Part shown: positions 18,815-28,453 of the stretch, piece by piece
Layout: every line of letters starts with the position of its first letter
Position numbering within the stretch: the stretch's first letter is position 1
Source of the DNA: Salinivirgaceae bacterium
GTDB taxonomy: Bacteria; Bacteroidota; Bacteroidia; Bacteroidales; SZUA-534
Direction: 5' to 3'
Assembly (NCBI GenBank): GCA_050251815.1
Contig: JBFWMB010000001.1
Location: 43,054-107,053, forward strand
Length of the DNA stretch: 64,000 nucleotides
Program-made: the position numbers and the translations under genes
The notes under the pieces: model-generated
Databases searched by the model: none
Seen by the model: the letters and a program-made list of their open reading frames with translations, nothing else
Told to the model about the DNA's origin: nothing

Positions 18815-21800
18815 ATGCCTAAAATAATCCTCATCCTAATTGTTTTACTATTCTCATTGTTAAATAAGCAAATTCTACGTGGCCAATCGAATAATTCAAG
18901 GAATTATCGTTTTCAGTATTTTATGATAGAAGATGGCTTGCCGCAAAACACCATTACCTGTATTGCAAAAGACCATTATGGCTTTATGTGGTTTGGCACC
19001 AACAATGGTATTTGTCGATACGATTCGTATAATTTTGAATTGTTTCAGGCTGACGAATCGAATAGGCATGCTTTGCCCGATAACTTAATCCGAACCATAA
19101 CTCCCGGTACCCACAACCTGGTATGGGTAGGCTCATTAAAAGGTTTATCGTATTTTGACCACGATAAAAAACAAATCACGCAATTTACTGATAGCAGCGC
19201 ATATGGAGAACCCATACGCAAAGTAAGTTCAATTGTATCAATTAAAAACAAAGTTTGGGTGGCTACTGAAAATCAGGGTGTTTTTTTATTACAGAAACAA
19301 AAAGATTCGTACCGAATTCAGGCTCAATATTGTCAGGCCAATAACAAACTGGCAAACAACCAGGTAAATGTATTATACCAGGCAAGAGATGGAAATATGT
19401 TAGCCGGAAGCAGTGACGGGTATTTTATTTTTGATTCAATCAACAACAAATTTATTGAACCTGAGTCCGATAGAATTTTACCGCCTCAGTCGAACGTTAA
19501 CGATATTTATGACGACAAGCACAAAAATTTATACTTTGCAACCAACAACGGACTATTTATCCATCACTTTAAAAATAAAACGCTAAACTGGCATCCATCA
19601 ACAAACAACACAAACACCCTGGTACACAGCACAGTTAATATGGTTCGGCAGGATGTTTCGGGACAAATATTGGTTGCATCGCTGGGTGGTTTGCAAAGCC
19701 TTGATTTGGAGACGGGTATTTTTTCTGATTTTGGCAAAGATGGTCCGGAAAACTTCTCAATTAACAATGAATTTGTAAATGCACTGTTTTGCGATTCCAG
19801 CGGAAATATATGGATTGGAACAGAAAAAGGGGGCATCAATAAATTTAATATTTATCAAAATCCACTATCGTTTTACACCAACAATCCAAACAACCCAAAC
19901 AGTCTGAACAACAACACCATAAATTCTGTGCTACGCGAAAACAACAACCTTTGGATAGGTACAGCCGGAGGTGGTTTAAACCTGCTCAATATTGAACAGA
20001 ATAAATTCTCACATTTTACCTACAGCGCTACCAATTCCCAAACATTAAGCAGCGATTATGTAACTTCAATTGTCCGAGGAAAAAACGGAGTATTGTATGT
20101 AGGTACCTGGGGTGGCGGTTTAAATGCACTTACAACCCATGGCAACCGCATTACCATTGACCGCATAACTTTGTCCGATCCCAATTATAAAAACGATTTG
20201 GTTGATGGCTTTGTATCCTCTCTGTCAGATAATCCATTGGGCTATTTATTGATAGGAACACAAGGCGGTTTATCGATGTTAAATTACCACAGTCACAAAT
20301 TTACCACATTAAAAGCACCGTTTAACCACAACCCCCAATTAACTGAAATTGGCTGTGTACTACTCGACTCAAAAGGCTATTACTGGATTGGAACCCGAAA
20401 CGGACTTTTCCGTTTTCCACAAAGCGCTTTACGTGAAACCAAAGACGACGATATAATAATTAGTCAATTGGAGTTTTACAAACATAAACCCAACAACGAA
20501 TGGTCGTTGCCCGGTGATTATGTTATTTCGTTAATGGAAGATTCCAGCGGCGATATCTGGATTGGAACTTATGGACATGGTCTTGCACATTCGTATTTCA
20601 ATTTAAATGGCGAGCTTGTATTTAAGACCTATACCAGCGATGATGGCATTGCCAACAATGTTGTTTATGGAATTCAGGAAGACCGACACAAAAAAATATG
20701 GATAAGTACAGACTACGGTTTAAGTGTTTTAAACACCCGGAATAACGTTATTCGTAATTTTTTTAAACAAGATGGGTTACTTAATAACCAATTTTATTGG
20801 TCAGCTTCACATAAATCGGAAGATGGAATTATGTATTTTGGAGGAATTCAGGGATTGAATTATTTCAATCCCGACCACTTTTACGATTACACTCTCACTC
20901 CCACACCAAAAATAACGCGACTAAAAATTTATAATCAGGAAGTTAATCCGGGAGAAAAATTTCACAAAAAAGTAGTGATTACTAAACCCATTTACGATGT
21001 CGACACCATTTTTCTTACCTATAAAGACAACAATATCTCGTTCGATTTTTCAGCCTTCGATTATTACCAGCCCGAAAAATCGAGGTATGCATATAAAATG
21101 AGCGAAGTGGATAAAGAATGGGTGAATGTTTCGTCGCAACGTCGGTTTGCCAGTTACAACAATCTGGAGGGCGGAACCTACACCTTTTTACTAAGAGCTT
21201 CGAACTGTGATGGAATCTGGACCGAAGAACCAACCCAGGTTACCATTATTGTTACACCTCCTTTTTATAAAACTATTTGGTTTGCCATTGCACTGTTCTT
21301 GTTTGTTACGCTTTTAACCTATCTTTTTATCCGGTATCAGATGCGACGAATTATTCTTCAGAAAAAAATACTTGAAGAAAAAGTACAGCGCAGAACCCAA
21401 AAAATTGAAGATCAAAAAGTAATTCTGGAACAACAGGCAAATGAACTTATTGAAACCAACCATCAGCTTGAAAATCGTCAAATACAAATTGAACATCAAA
21501 AAGAAGAACTGGAATCAAAAAACGCTGAAATATCAAAACAACGCGACGAACTCATTGTATTGAATCAAAAAGTCAATGAAATTAACCTGCTGCAATTGAG
21601 GTTTTTTACCAATATTTCGCACGAATTTCAAACGCCACTCACCCTAATACTATCGCCCATTGAGCGCTTACTCAGGCAATTTAAAGACGATAAGGAAACC
21701 CACCACCTGCTAAACATCATCAACCGAAATGCATTACGCCTGCTTATGCTTATCAGGCAATTGCTCGAAATCAGAAAAATTGAAACCGGCAATCAAAGTC

Positions 21801-23161
21801 TTCAGGTTGAGTTAACCGAAACCAAAGCCTTTCTTTTGGAAATCTTTAAAACATTCGAAGAGCTTGCACAAAAAAACCAGATTACCTATACACACGATAT
21901 TCAGGTGTCGCAAACCGCATGGATTGACAAAGAAAAACTTGAAAACATTCTTTACAATTTACTATCGAATGCGTTTAAATTTACCCCTCAGGGTCAATCC
22001 ATTCAACTTAAAGCCTCATCGAAAAAAGAAAACCTTTACGACATACTTACCCTTAGGGTTAGCGATACCGGTGAAGGCATTGAAGCCAATCAGATTACCA
22101 AGTTATTCGACCGTTTTTTACAGGTCACCGAATCGCGAAAACATAAGCGGGCCGGAACCGGCATTGGCTTGTCGATGGTGAAAAGCCTGGTAGAGATAAT
22201 GTACGGAACCATTTCAGTGGAGAGTGAACCCGGAAAAGGAAGCTCTTTTACAATTGAAATTCCGGTAAACCGAAGTGTTTTTGCAAGCCATGAGATTGAC
22301 ACTACCGGACAAATTTTTGAATCGAATCTGAAAGATAAAGTGGCCCTGTTAAGCGAACAAATTATTGAAACTAAAGCTATTGAATACAACAGTCATGGCG
22401 ATGTTATTGAAAAAGTTCTGGTTATTGAAGACAACACCGACATGCGTTCGTTTATTTGTTCAAACCTGGCTCCTTATTTTGCAACCATTGAAGCCGAAAA
22501 CGGAAGCATTGGTTATGAACTGGCAAAAAAAGAATCGCCGTCAATTATTATCAGCGATATAATGATGCCCGAAATGGACGGTTTGGAATTGTGTAAAAAA
22601 ATAAAAAATAACTTTTACACCAGCCACATTCCTATAATTTTGCTCACCGCACGCATTACCACCGATGAGCAAATTGAAGGCATTAAACAAGGAGCCGACG
22701 ATTATATGGTAAAACCCTTTAACATGGATTTACTTTTAGCCAAGATTAAAGGCTTTATTGAAAACCGAAATAAACTACGCGCCAAATTTGGTAAACTCGA
22801 AGACGTTAATCCGGATGAATTGACTTTATCGAACCTCGATTCCCGTTTTTTCACCAAAGCAAACGAAGTGGTTTTGAAATTTTACACTGATCCCACTTTC
22901 GATGTCGATCAGTTTGCTTCCGAAATGTTTGTAAGCCGAAGTCAGCTATACAATAAACTTAAAGCCATTACCAACCTTTCGGCAAACGAATTTATTAATA
23001 CCTGTCGCCTGAAAAAAGCACATGAATTATTACAGCAAGGCGAATTGCAGGTTAGCGAGATTGCTTATGCTACCGGATTTAACGACCCCAAATATTTTAG
23101 CCGTATATTTAAAAAGTATTACAAACAAGCACCATCTGATTTGGTAAAAAAAAGAATCTAA
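18815..23161 (+). CDS. Hybrid two-component system sensor kinase/response regulator (arabinan PUL activator)
   Basis: Repeated beta-propeller motifs (D..G.IWIGT..GG), Y_Y_Y (Y.NL.GGTYTF.LRASN.DGIW), TM helix, HisKA FTNISHEFQTPLTLI, NLLSNAFKFT, GTGIGL, REC (ISDIMMPEMDG, KPF), AraC HTH (GFNDPKYFSRIFKK). Confidence 0.95.
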   Translation: MPKIILILIVLLFSLLNKQILRGQSNNSRNYRFQYFMIEDGLPQNTITCIAKDHYGFMWFGTNNGICRYDSYNFELFQADESNRHALPDNLIRTITPGTHNLVWVGSLKGLSYFDHDKKQITQFTDSSAYGEPIRKVSSIVSIKNKVWVATENQGVFLLQKQKDSYRIQAQYCQANNKLANNQVNVLYQARDGNMLAGSSDGYFIFDSINNKFIEPESDRILPPQSNVNDIYDDKHKNLYFATNNGLFIHHFKNKTLNWHPSTNNTNTLVHSTVNMVRQDVSGQILVASLGGLQSLDLETGIFSDFGKDGPENFSINNEFVNALFCDSSGNIWIGTEKGGINKFNIYQNPLSFYTNNPNNPNSLNNNTINSVLRENNNLWIGTAGGGLNLLNIEQNKFSHFTYSATNSQTLSSDYVTSIVRGKNGVLYVGTWGGGLNALTTHGNRITIDRITLSDPNYKNDLVDGFVSSLSDNPLGYLLIGTQGGLSMLNYHSHKFTTLKAPFNHNPQLTEIGCVLLDSKGYYWIGTRNGLFRFPQSALRETKDDDIIISQLEFYKHKPNNEWSLPGDYVISLMEDSSGDIWIGTYGHGLAHSYFNLNGELVFKTYTSDDGIANNVVYGIQEDRHKKIWISTDYGLSVLNTRNNVIRNFFKQDGLLNNQFYWSASHKSEDGIMYFGGIQGLNYFNPDHFYDYTLTPTPKITRLKIYNQEVNPGEKFHKKVVITKPIYDVDTIFLTYKDNNISFDFSAFDYYQPEKSRYAYKMSEVDKEWVNVSSQRRFASYNNLEGGTYTFLLRASNCDGIWTEEPTQVTIIVTPPFYKTIWFAIALFLFVTLLTYLFIRYQMRRIILQKKILEEKVQRRTQKIEDQKVILEQQANELIETNHQLENRQIQIEHQKEELESKNAEISKQRDELIVLNQKVNEINLLQLRFFTNISHEFQTPLTLILSPIERLLRQFKDDKETHHLLNIINRNALRLLMLIRQLLEIRKIETGNQSLQVELTETKAFLLEIFKTFEELAQKNQITYTHDIQVSQTAWIDKEKLENILYNLLSNAFKFTPQGQSIQLKASSKKENLYDILTLRVSDTGEGIEANQITKLFDRFLQVTESRKHKRAGTGIGLSMVKSLVEIMYGTISVESEPGKGSSFTIEIPVNRSVFASHEIDTTGQIFESNLKDKVALLSEQIIETKAIEYNSHGDVIEKVLVIEDNTDMRSFICSNLAPYFATIEAENGSIGYELAKKESPSIIISDIMMPEMDGLELCKKIKNNFYTSHIPIILLTARITTDEQIEGIKQGADDYMVKPFNMDLLLAKIKGFIENRNKLRAKFGKLEDVNPDELTLSNLDSRFFTKANEVVLKFYTDPTFDVDQFASEMFVSRSQLYNKLKAITNLSANEFINTCRLKKAHELLQQGELQVSEIAYATGFNDPKYFSRIFKKYYKQAPSDLVKKRI

Positions 23162-23197
23162 AAAAAAGCCTCTGAACGTAATATTTCAGAAGCTTTT
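23162..23197. terminator. Bidirectional terminator between the convergent HTCS and mutarotase genes
   Basis: AAAAGC-C-TCTGAA...TTCAGA-A-GCTTTT stem flanked by an A-run and a T-run. Confidence 0.7.
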
Positions 23198-23226
23198 ACA
23201 ATGAACTTATTATAATCAACTAATTA

Positions 23227-24378
23227 TTATTCAACAGAAAAGCGGTATTCGCAGGTATGCGAATAAGTCTGATCAGGTTTTAATAAAGTGGATGGAAAAT
23301 TTGCTTTATTTGGTGAATCGGGAAAATGTTGCGTTTCAAGACAAACAGCACTGCGATGCGGGTATACTTTTCCACTTTTCCCGATTAAGGTACCGTCAAT
23401 AAAATTACCACCATAAAATTGCAGGCCCGGCTGATCGGTAAGCACCTCCATTTTAATTTGGCTAATGGGCGAATAAAGTGAAGCTACCAGCTCTATCCCC
23501 TTACTTTCCTTATTCAATACCCAGTTATGGTCGTATCCGGCTCCATAAACCAATTGCTGATCTTCTTCATTCACGCGCGCCCCAATCGTAACCGGTTGGT
23601 TAAAATCAAATGCTGTGCCGTTTACAGGAGCTATTCTTCCGGTTGGAATTAAAGTGCTATCTACCGGTGTAAAACCGTTGGCACGAATAGTTAGTATATG
23701 ATCGTTAATTGTTTCACTTCCCTCTCCCGATAAATTAAAGTAAGAATGATGGGTAAGATTACAAATCGTAGTTTTGTCGGTGGTGGCGTGATAGGTAATT
23801 TTAAACCCATTTTCGGGTGTGAGTTCATAAACCATTGTAACCGAAAGGTTTCCTGGGTAACCCGCTTCACCATCAACAGACACATAAGTAAATTCTATTT
23901 CGGAGGAACTCAGCTGTTGAGCATTCCAAACAACATCAAAAAAACCTTTGGGTCCTCCATGCAACTGATTATTTCCTTCGTTTTTGGTCAGTTCATACCT
24001 CATTGAGTCTATAGTAAACTGTGCACCACCAATGCGGTTTCCGTAGCGGCCAATAGCTGCTCCCAAAAAATTCTCAGGTCGATTCACATATTCATCCAGG
24101 GTATTATAGCCCAATACCACATCAACGGGTTTTCCATCAGCATCAGGAACACAAAGTGCTACAACCCTGGCACCAAAGTTTGTTACTTTCATTCCCATCC
24201 CGCTATTATTGGTCAAGGTATAAAGGGCAACTGGTTTTTCATCGATGGTTTGGTTAAACGCAGCCTCATCAATAGCTGCAACCGTATCGGTAAATACACT
24301 TTTATTTTGGGTGTTACAAGCAAAGAGTAGAAAACCCAAGCCAATAACAGCAGTCCATTTTATCCATTGTTTTTTCAT
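23227..24378 (-). CDS. galM: Aldose 1-epimerase (galactose/arabinose mutarotase), lipoprotein signal
   Basis: GRYGNRI, LHGG, GYPGNL, NLTHHSYFNL, GYDHNW, QFYGGNF, CLETQHFPDSPN; lipobox LFAC. Confidence 0.92.
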   Translation of the reverse strand: MKKQWIKWTAVIGLGFLLFACNTQNKSVFTDTVAAIDEAAFNQTIDEKPVALYTLTNNSGMGMKVTNFGARVVALCVPDADGKPVDVVLGYNTLDEYVNRPENFLGAAIGRYGNRIGGAQFTIDSMRYELTKNEGNNQLHGGPKGFFDVVWNAQQLSSSEIEFTYVSVDGEAGYPGNLSVTMVYELTPENGFKITYHATTDKTTICNLTHHSYFNLSGEGSETINDHILTIRANGFTPVDSTLIPTGRIAPVNGTAFDFNQPVTIGARVNEEDQQLVYGAGYDHNWVLNKESKGIELVASLYSPISQIKMEVLTDQPGLQFYGGNFIDGTLIGKSGKVYPHRSAVCLETQHFPDSPNKANFPSTLLKPDQTYSHTCEYRFSVE

Positions 24379-24401
24379 TGAATGTATGTTTTAGTAATAC
24401 A

Positions 24402-24432
24402 AATAAAATCCCCACCACAAGATGTGGCGGGG
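24402..24432 (-). terminator. Terminator or attenuator hairpin between GH51 and the mutarotase
   Basis: Minus strand CCCCGCCACA-TCT-TGTGGTGGGG followed by ATTTTATTT. Confidence 0.65.
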
Positions 24433-24446
24433 AACTAAACCTAAAC

Positions 24447-25976
24447 CTATTTTAATTGCACCAACACAACCGAATGCGCGGGTATGGTAACACTTAATTT
24501 ACCATTTTTTGGTGCTGGCACCTTAAAATCCTTTAATGTAACTTTCTCTTCCTGACCAAAATCGTTATAATCGTAAATATTTTGAGCAGTAATAATTTGC
24601 CCGTTGCCCGATTTTAAATCCTGGCCGGTAATGGTAAGCTCAACCTTTATGTCTTTATTGGGATTGACATTGCTCAGTGATATATTTACCACTCCATCTT
24701 TTATCGATGCGGATGAACTAAGCGCCGGAATTTTTTGATCTTCAAATTCATAAGCTTCGCTTTTTAAATTCGATGGAATCAAAGTTGCCTCCTGATGCAC
24801 ACTGTACATTTTAAACAGATAATAAGTAGGTGTTTTCACCATTTGTTCATCTTTTGTCAAAATCACTGCCTGCAAAACATTCACCATCTGAGCTATATTG
24901 GCCATTTTAACCCGATGCGCATTATTGTTGAAGGTATTCATGGTGATACTACCCGAAACAGCATCACGTAAGGTATTTTGTTGGTACAAAAATCCCGGAT
25001 TGGTTCCCTGTTCTACATTAAACCAATTACCCCATTCGTCAACAATCAGCCCCACACGATGATTGGGATCGTATTGATCCATAATGGCTGTATGGCGTTT
25101 AATCAAGACTTCCATCCGTCTGACATCGTTCATGTTCGAGAACCATTCCGATTCATCAAATCCGGTGGCATTTCCTTTAACTTCCCAGCTGTGGGCAAAG
25201 GAGTAGTTGTGTAACGAAACACCCTGAACCAACCAGGGATAACGCGAGGTTTTTTCCATTACTACTTTCATCCAGTTGTAATCGGCCACATTGGGTCCGC
25301 CAGCAATTTTGTATTTAGCGCCACCACAATACGTAGCAAACCGATTGTATAAATCGGCATAATATTCAGGAGTCATGTGTCCGCCACACCCCCAGTTTTC
25401 GTTACCAATACCCCAATACTTAACTTCCCAGGGGTCTTCGCGGCCATTCTTTTTCCGCCAATCAGTCATTGGACTTTCATTACTGCTGGTCACGTATTCA
25501 ACCCATTCGGCAGCTTCCTGAACGGTTCCCGAACCAACATTAATATTAATGTAAGGCATGGCATCAATTAATTCACAAAAATCGAGAAATTCGTGTGTAC
25601 CAAAACTATTGTCTTCGGTAACACCTCCCCAGTGTGTATTTACAATCGAAGGCCTTTTTTCACGTGGCCCCACGCCATCTTTCCAATGGTAAGTATCGGC
25701 AAAACAGCCTCCGGGCCATCGCAACAAAGGAATTTGCATTTCTTTTAAGGCTTTAATCACATCGTTGCGAAACCCTCTGGTGTTGGGTATCGGTGAATCT
25801 TCCCCTACAAATATTCCTCCATAAATACAACGTCCCAAATGTTCGGCAAAATGACCGTAAACCTCTTTGTTTATTTTGGCTTCTGCCTGATCAACATGCA
25901 GTGTCAAGGTATTCTGAGCAGTTACCGGTAGTATAAAAAACACCAGGGCAAACAAACTCCAGGTAAATTTCTTCAT
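24447..25976 (-). CDS. GH51 alpha-L-arabinofuranosidase (Abf2 type), secreted
   Basis: YGHFAEHLGRCIYGG, RWPGGCFADTYHW.DG.GP, GNENWGCGG, VDEWG.W, NIAQMVNVLQA; signal peptide. Confidence 0.93.
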   Translation of the reverse strand: MKKFTWSLFALVFFILPVTAQNTLTLHVDQAEAKINKEVYGHFAEHLGRCIYGGIFVGEDSPIPNTRGFRNDVIKALKEMQIPLLRWPGGCFADTYHWKDGVGPREKRPSIVNTHWGGVTEDNSFGTHEFLDFCELIDAMPYININVGSGTVQEAAEWVEYVTSSNESPMTDWRKKNGREDPWEVKYWGIGNENWGCGGHMTPEYYADLYNRFATYCGGAKYKIAGGPNVADYNWMKVVMEKTSRYPWLVQGVSLHNYSFAHSWEVKGNATGFDESEWFSNMNDVRRMEVLIKRHTAIMDQYDPNHRVGLIVDEWGNWFNVEQGTNPGFLYQQNTLRDAVSGSITMNTFNNNAHRVKMANIAQMVNVLQAVILTKDEQMVKTPTYYLFKMYSVHQEATLIPSNLKSEAYEFEDQKIPALSSSASIKDGVVNISLSNVNPNKDIKVELTITGQDLKSGNGQIITAQNIYDYNDFGQEEKVTLKDFKVPAPKNGKLSVTIPAHSVVLVQLK

Positions 25977-26080
25977 CGCTCTTTAGTTTTATAAGTTCAA
26001 TAATAAGGATTAGCTAAAATGCTAAGTATTCAAAAAATGAATAGTCTATTTATTAAATGTGTGCTCCACAGCCAAAAGCT

Positions 26081-27709
26081 TTATTGGTAGCCCAATTTCA
26101 GGTATTTTTTGTATAAGTTCTCATAGGTTTTAACGTTATCCGGAATGGGCTGGTATTCTTTTTCAAAACCTTGTCCCATTGCTTTTTGTGCATCTTCAAT
26201 TGTTGCATAAAATCCTGCCGCCACAGCGGCAAACATAGCTGCTCCCAGTGCTACTGTTTGTTCGGCACGGGCTACTTTTATGGGCATATTCATAACATCG
26301 GCCATGGTTTGCATTACAAAAGGCGATTTTTTTGCTACTCCCCCAATTGCCACTACCGATTTTATGGTAATGCCATTTTCATTAAAGCGGTCGGCAATTG
26401 CTTTTGAACCGTAGGCAGTGGCCTCAACCAAAGCCCTAAAAATTAAAGGTGCTGTAGAACCCAGATTTAATCCCGAAATGGTTGCAGTAACATTTTGATC
26501 GGCATCGGGTGTACGTCGGCCGTTCAACCAATCGGTTGCAATCAATGTTGATTCTTCCACAGGAACTTTCATTGCTTTATCAGAAAGAGATGGTATTATT
26601 TTATCCTCAATGGCCTTTCGTTGGTTCTCATTATCCAAAAACTGTAGCGGCCAACTTAACAAGTTTTTAAACCAGGCATATACATCACCAAAAGCGGATT
26701 GACCTGCTTCCAAACCAACCATTCCCGGAATCACAGAACCATCAACCTGGCCGCAAATTCCGGGAATTAACCGGTCTTCCATTGCTTCGTAGGGCGACAC
26801 AATAATATCGCAGGTTGAAGTACCCATTACCCGAACCAGCATATTAGGTTCAATTTGTGCGCCTACAGCACCCATATGACAATCGAAAGCACTTACTCCC
26901 ACCACAACATTGGTTGACAACCCTAATTTACCGGCCCATTCGGCTGTAAGTGTTCCCATTGGCTGATCGCTGGTATGGGTTTCGACAAACAGGTTTTCGC
27001 GTATTCCAGCTAACTCAGGACCTAACTGGGTTAAAAACTCCTCGGGTGGTAACCCATTCCAATCGGGATGCCAAAGGGCCTTATGTCCGGCTGCACAGCG
27101 GCTGCGTTTAATCGATTTTAATCCGGTTTTTCCGGTCAAAACAGCTGGTAACCAATCACAGTATTCTACCCACGAAACCGCTTTTTCATGTAACGATTTA
27201 TCGTTACGAAGCACGTGCAAAACTTTAGACCAAACCCATTCCGACGAGTAAATTCCACCTGCGTATTTGGTATAATCGACTCCCCATTTGCGAGCCAGTT
27301 CGTTAATCTCATCGGCTTCTTTAACAGCAGTATGGTCTTTCCAAAGAATGAACATCGCATTCGGATTTTCAGAAAACTCAGGTAACAAGGCAAGCGGAGT
27401 TCCCTGCGTATCGGTTAAAGCCGGCGTGCTGCCTGTAGTATCGAACGAAATTCCAACAACGTTGGCTCTAACTTCGCCATTGCAAAGTTGTAAGGCTTCT
27501 TTTATCGATGATTCCATTACCTCGAGGTAGTCGAGGGGGTGTTGCCTGTATTGGTTTTTTGCGGGATTACAATACCGGCCTTCCATCCATCGGGGATAGT
27601 ATTTTACCGATGTGGCCATTTCATTACCGTTAAAGGCATCAACCACCAATGCACGACACGAGTCGCTGCCAAAATCGATTCCAATTACATATTTTTTCAT
27701 CATTCTCAT
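26081..27709 (-). CDS. araB: L-ribulokinase
   Basis: IGIDFGSDS.RA, LWKDHTA, YSSEW.W.K, C.AGHKALW, MGTSTCD, GICGQVDGS, EAGQSAFGD, DWLNGRRTP. Confidence 0.93.
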   Translation of the reverse strand: MRMMKKYVIGIDFGSDSCRALVVDAFNGNEMATSVKYYPRWMEGRYCNPAKNQYRQHPLDYLEVMESSIKEALQLCNGEVRANVVGISFDTTGSTPALTDTQGTPLALLPEFSENPNAMFILWKDHTAVKEADEINELARKWGVDYTKYAGGIYSSEWVWSKVLHVLRNDKSLHEKAVSWVEYCDWLPAVLTGKTGLKSIKRSRCAAGHKALWHPDWNGLPPEEFLTQLGPELAGIRENLFVETHTSDQPMGTLTAEWAGKLGLSTNVVVGVSAFDCHMGAVGAQIEPNMLVRVMGTSTCDIIVSPYEAMEDRLIPGICGQVDGSVIPGMVGLEAGQSAFGDVYAWFKNLLSWPLQFLDNENQRKAIEDKIIPSLSDKAMKVPVEESTLIATDWLNGRRTPDADQNVTATISGLNLGSTAPLIFRALVEATAYGSKAIADRFNENGITIKSVVAIGGVAKKSPFVMQTMADVMNMPIKVARAEQTVALGAAMFAAVAAGFYATIEDAQKAMGQGFEKEYQPIPDNVKTYENLYKKYLKLGYQ

Positions 27710-27724
27710 TTCTTAATTCATAAA

Positions 27725-28408
27725 CTACTGACCATAATAAGCATTGGGGCCATGTTTGCGCAGGTAATGCTTTTTTACCAGGTGTGGGTTCATTGATAAG
27801 CCGGGATTTAAGGCAAATGAAACAGCTGCCATTTTGGCCACCTCTTCCATTACCACGGCATTGTGAACTGCCTGGTCAACATTTTTTCCCCACGAAAACG
27901 GTCCGTGGTTTTGCACCAACGCACCGGGAGTTTCGTTGGGATTCAATTGTTTAAAACGTTCTACAATAACTTTCCCGGTTTCTTTTTCATAAACACCAAA
28001 CACTTCCTGCTCAGTCATTTGACGGGTACAGGGTATTTCTCCAAAAAAATAGTCGGCATGGGTTGTACCAATAACCGGTATTCCCAGACCAGCCTGAGCC
28101 CAAGCAGTCGCATGAGTCGAATGCGTGTGTACAATACCGCCAATTGTTTCAAAATGCTCATAAAGATACAAGTGCGTAGGCATATCGGATGAAGGTTTTA
28201 ACCTACCTTCCACAACCTTGCCTTCCATATCGACCACAACCATATCGTCAGATTTCATGCTTTGATAATCAACCCCGCTGGGTTTAATTACCACCAATGA
28301 TTTTTTGCGATCGATGGCACTTGCATTTCCCCAGGTAAAAACTACCAAACCGTGTTTCACCAAATCAAGGTTTGCCCGATAGACTTGTTCTTTTAATTCT
28401 TCCAACAT
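27725..28408 (-). CDS. araD: L-ribulose-5-phosphate 4-epimerase
   Basis: [48 protein letters not shown]. Confidence 0.95.
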   Translation of the reverse strand: MLEELKEQVYRANLDLVKHGLVVFTWGNASAIDRKKSLVVIKPSGVDYQSMKSDDMVVVDMEGKVVEGRLKPSSDMPTHLYLYEHFETIGGIVHTHSTHATAWAQAGLGIPVIGTTHADYFFGEIPCTRQMTEQEVFGVYEKETGKVIVERFKQLNPNETPGALVQNHGPFSWGKNVDQAVHNAVVMEEVAKMAAVSFALNPGLSMNPHLVKKHYLRKHGPNAYYGQ

Positions 28409-28453
28409 AATCTGATGTTTTTTGAATTGTTTTTTATCTTACATCAATAAACT

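Noticed and set aside
11487-23161. Horizontal acquisition of the susC/D-HTCS core based on apparent AT-richness
   Set aside because: Impression only; GC and codon bias were not computed, and no flanking repeats or mobility genes were seen.
26055-26083. Post-stop similarity between the araB and MoxR 3' ends (GCTTTTG..TGTGGA.CA..CATTT; compare 43405-43436)
   Set aside because: Gapped, short, AT-rich and without a hairpin; not distinguishable from chance without a genome-wide count.
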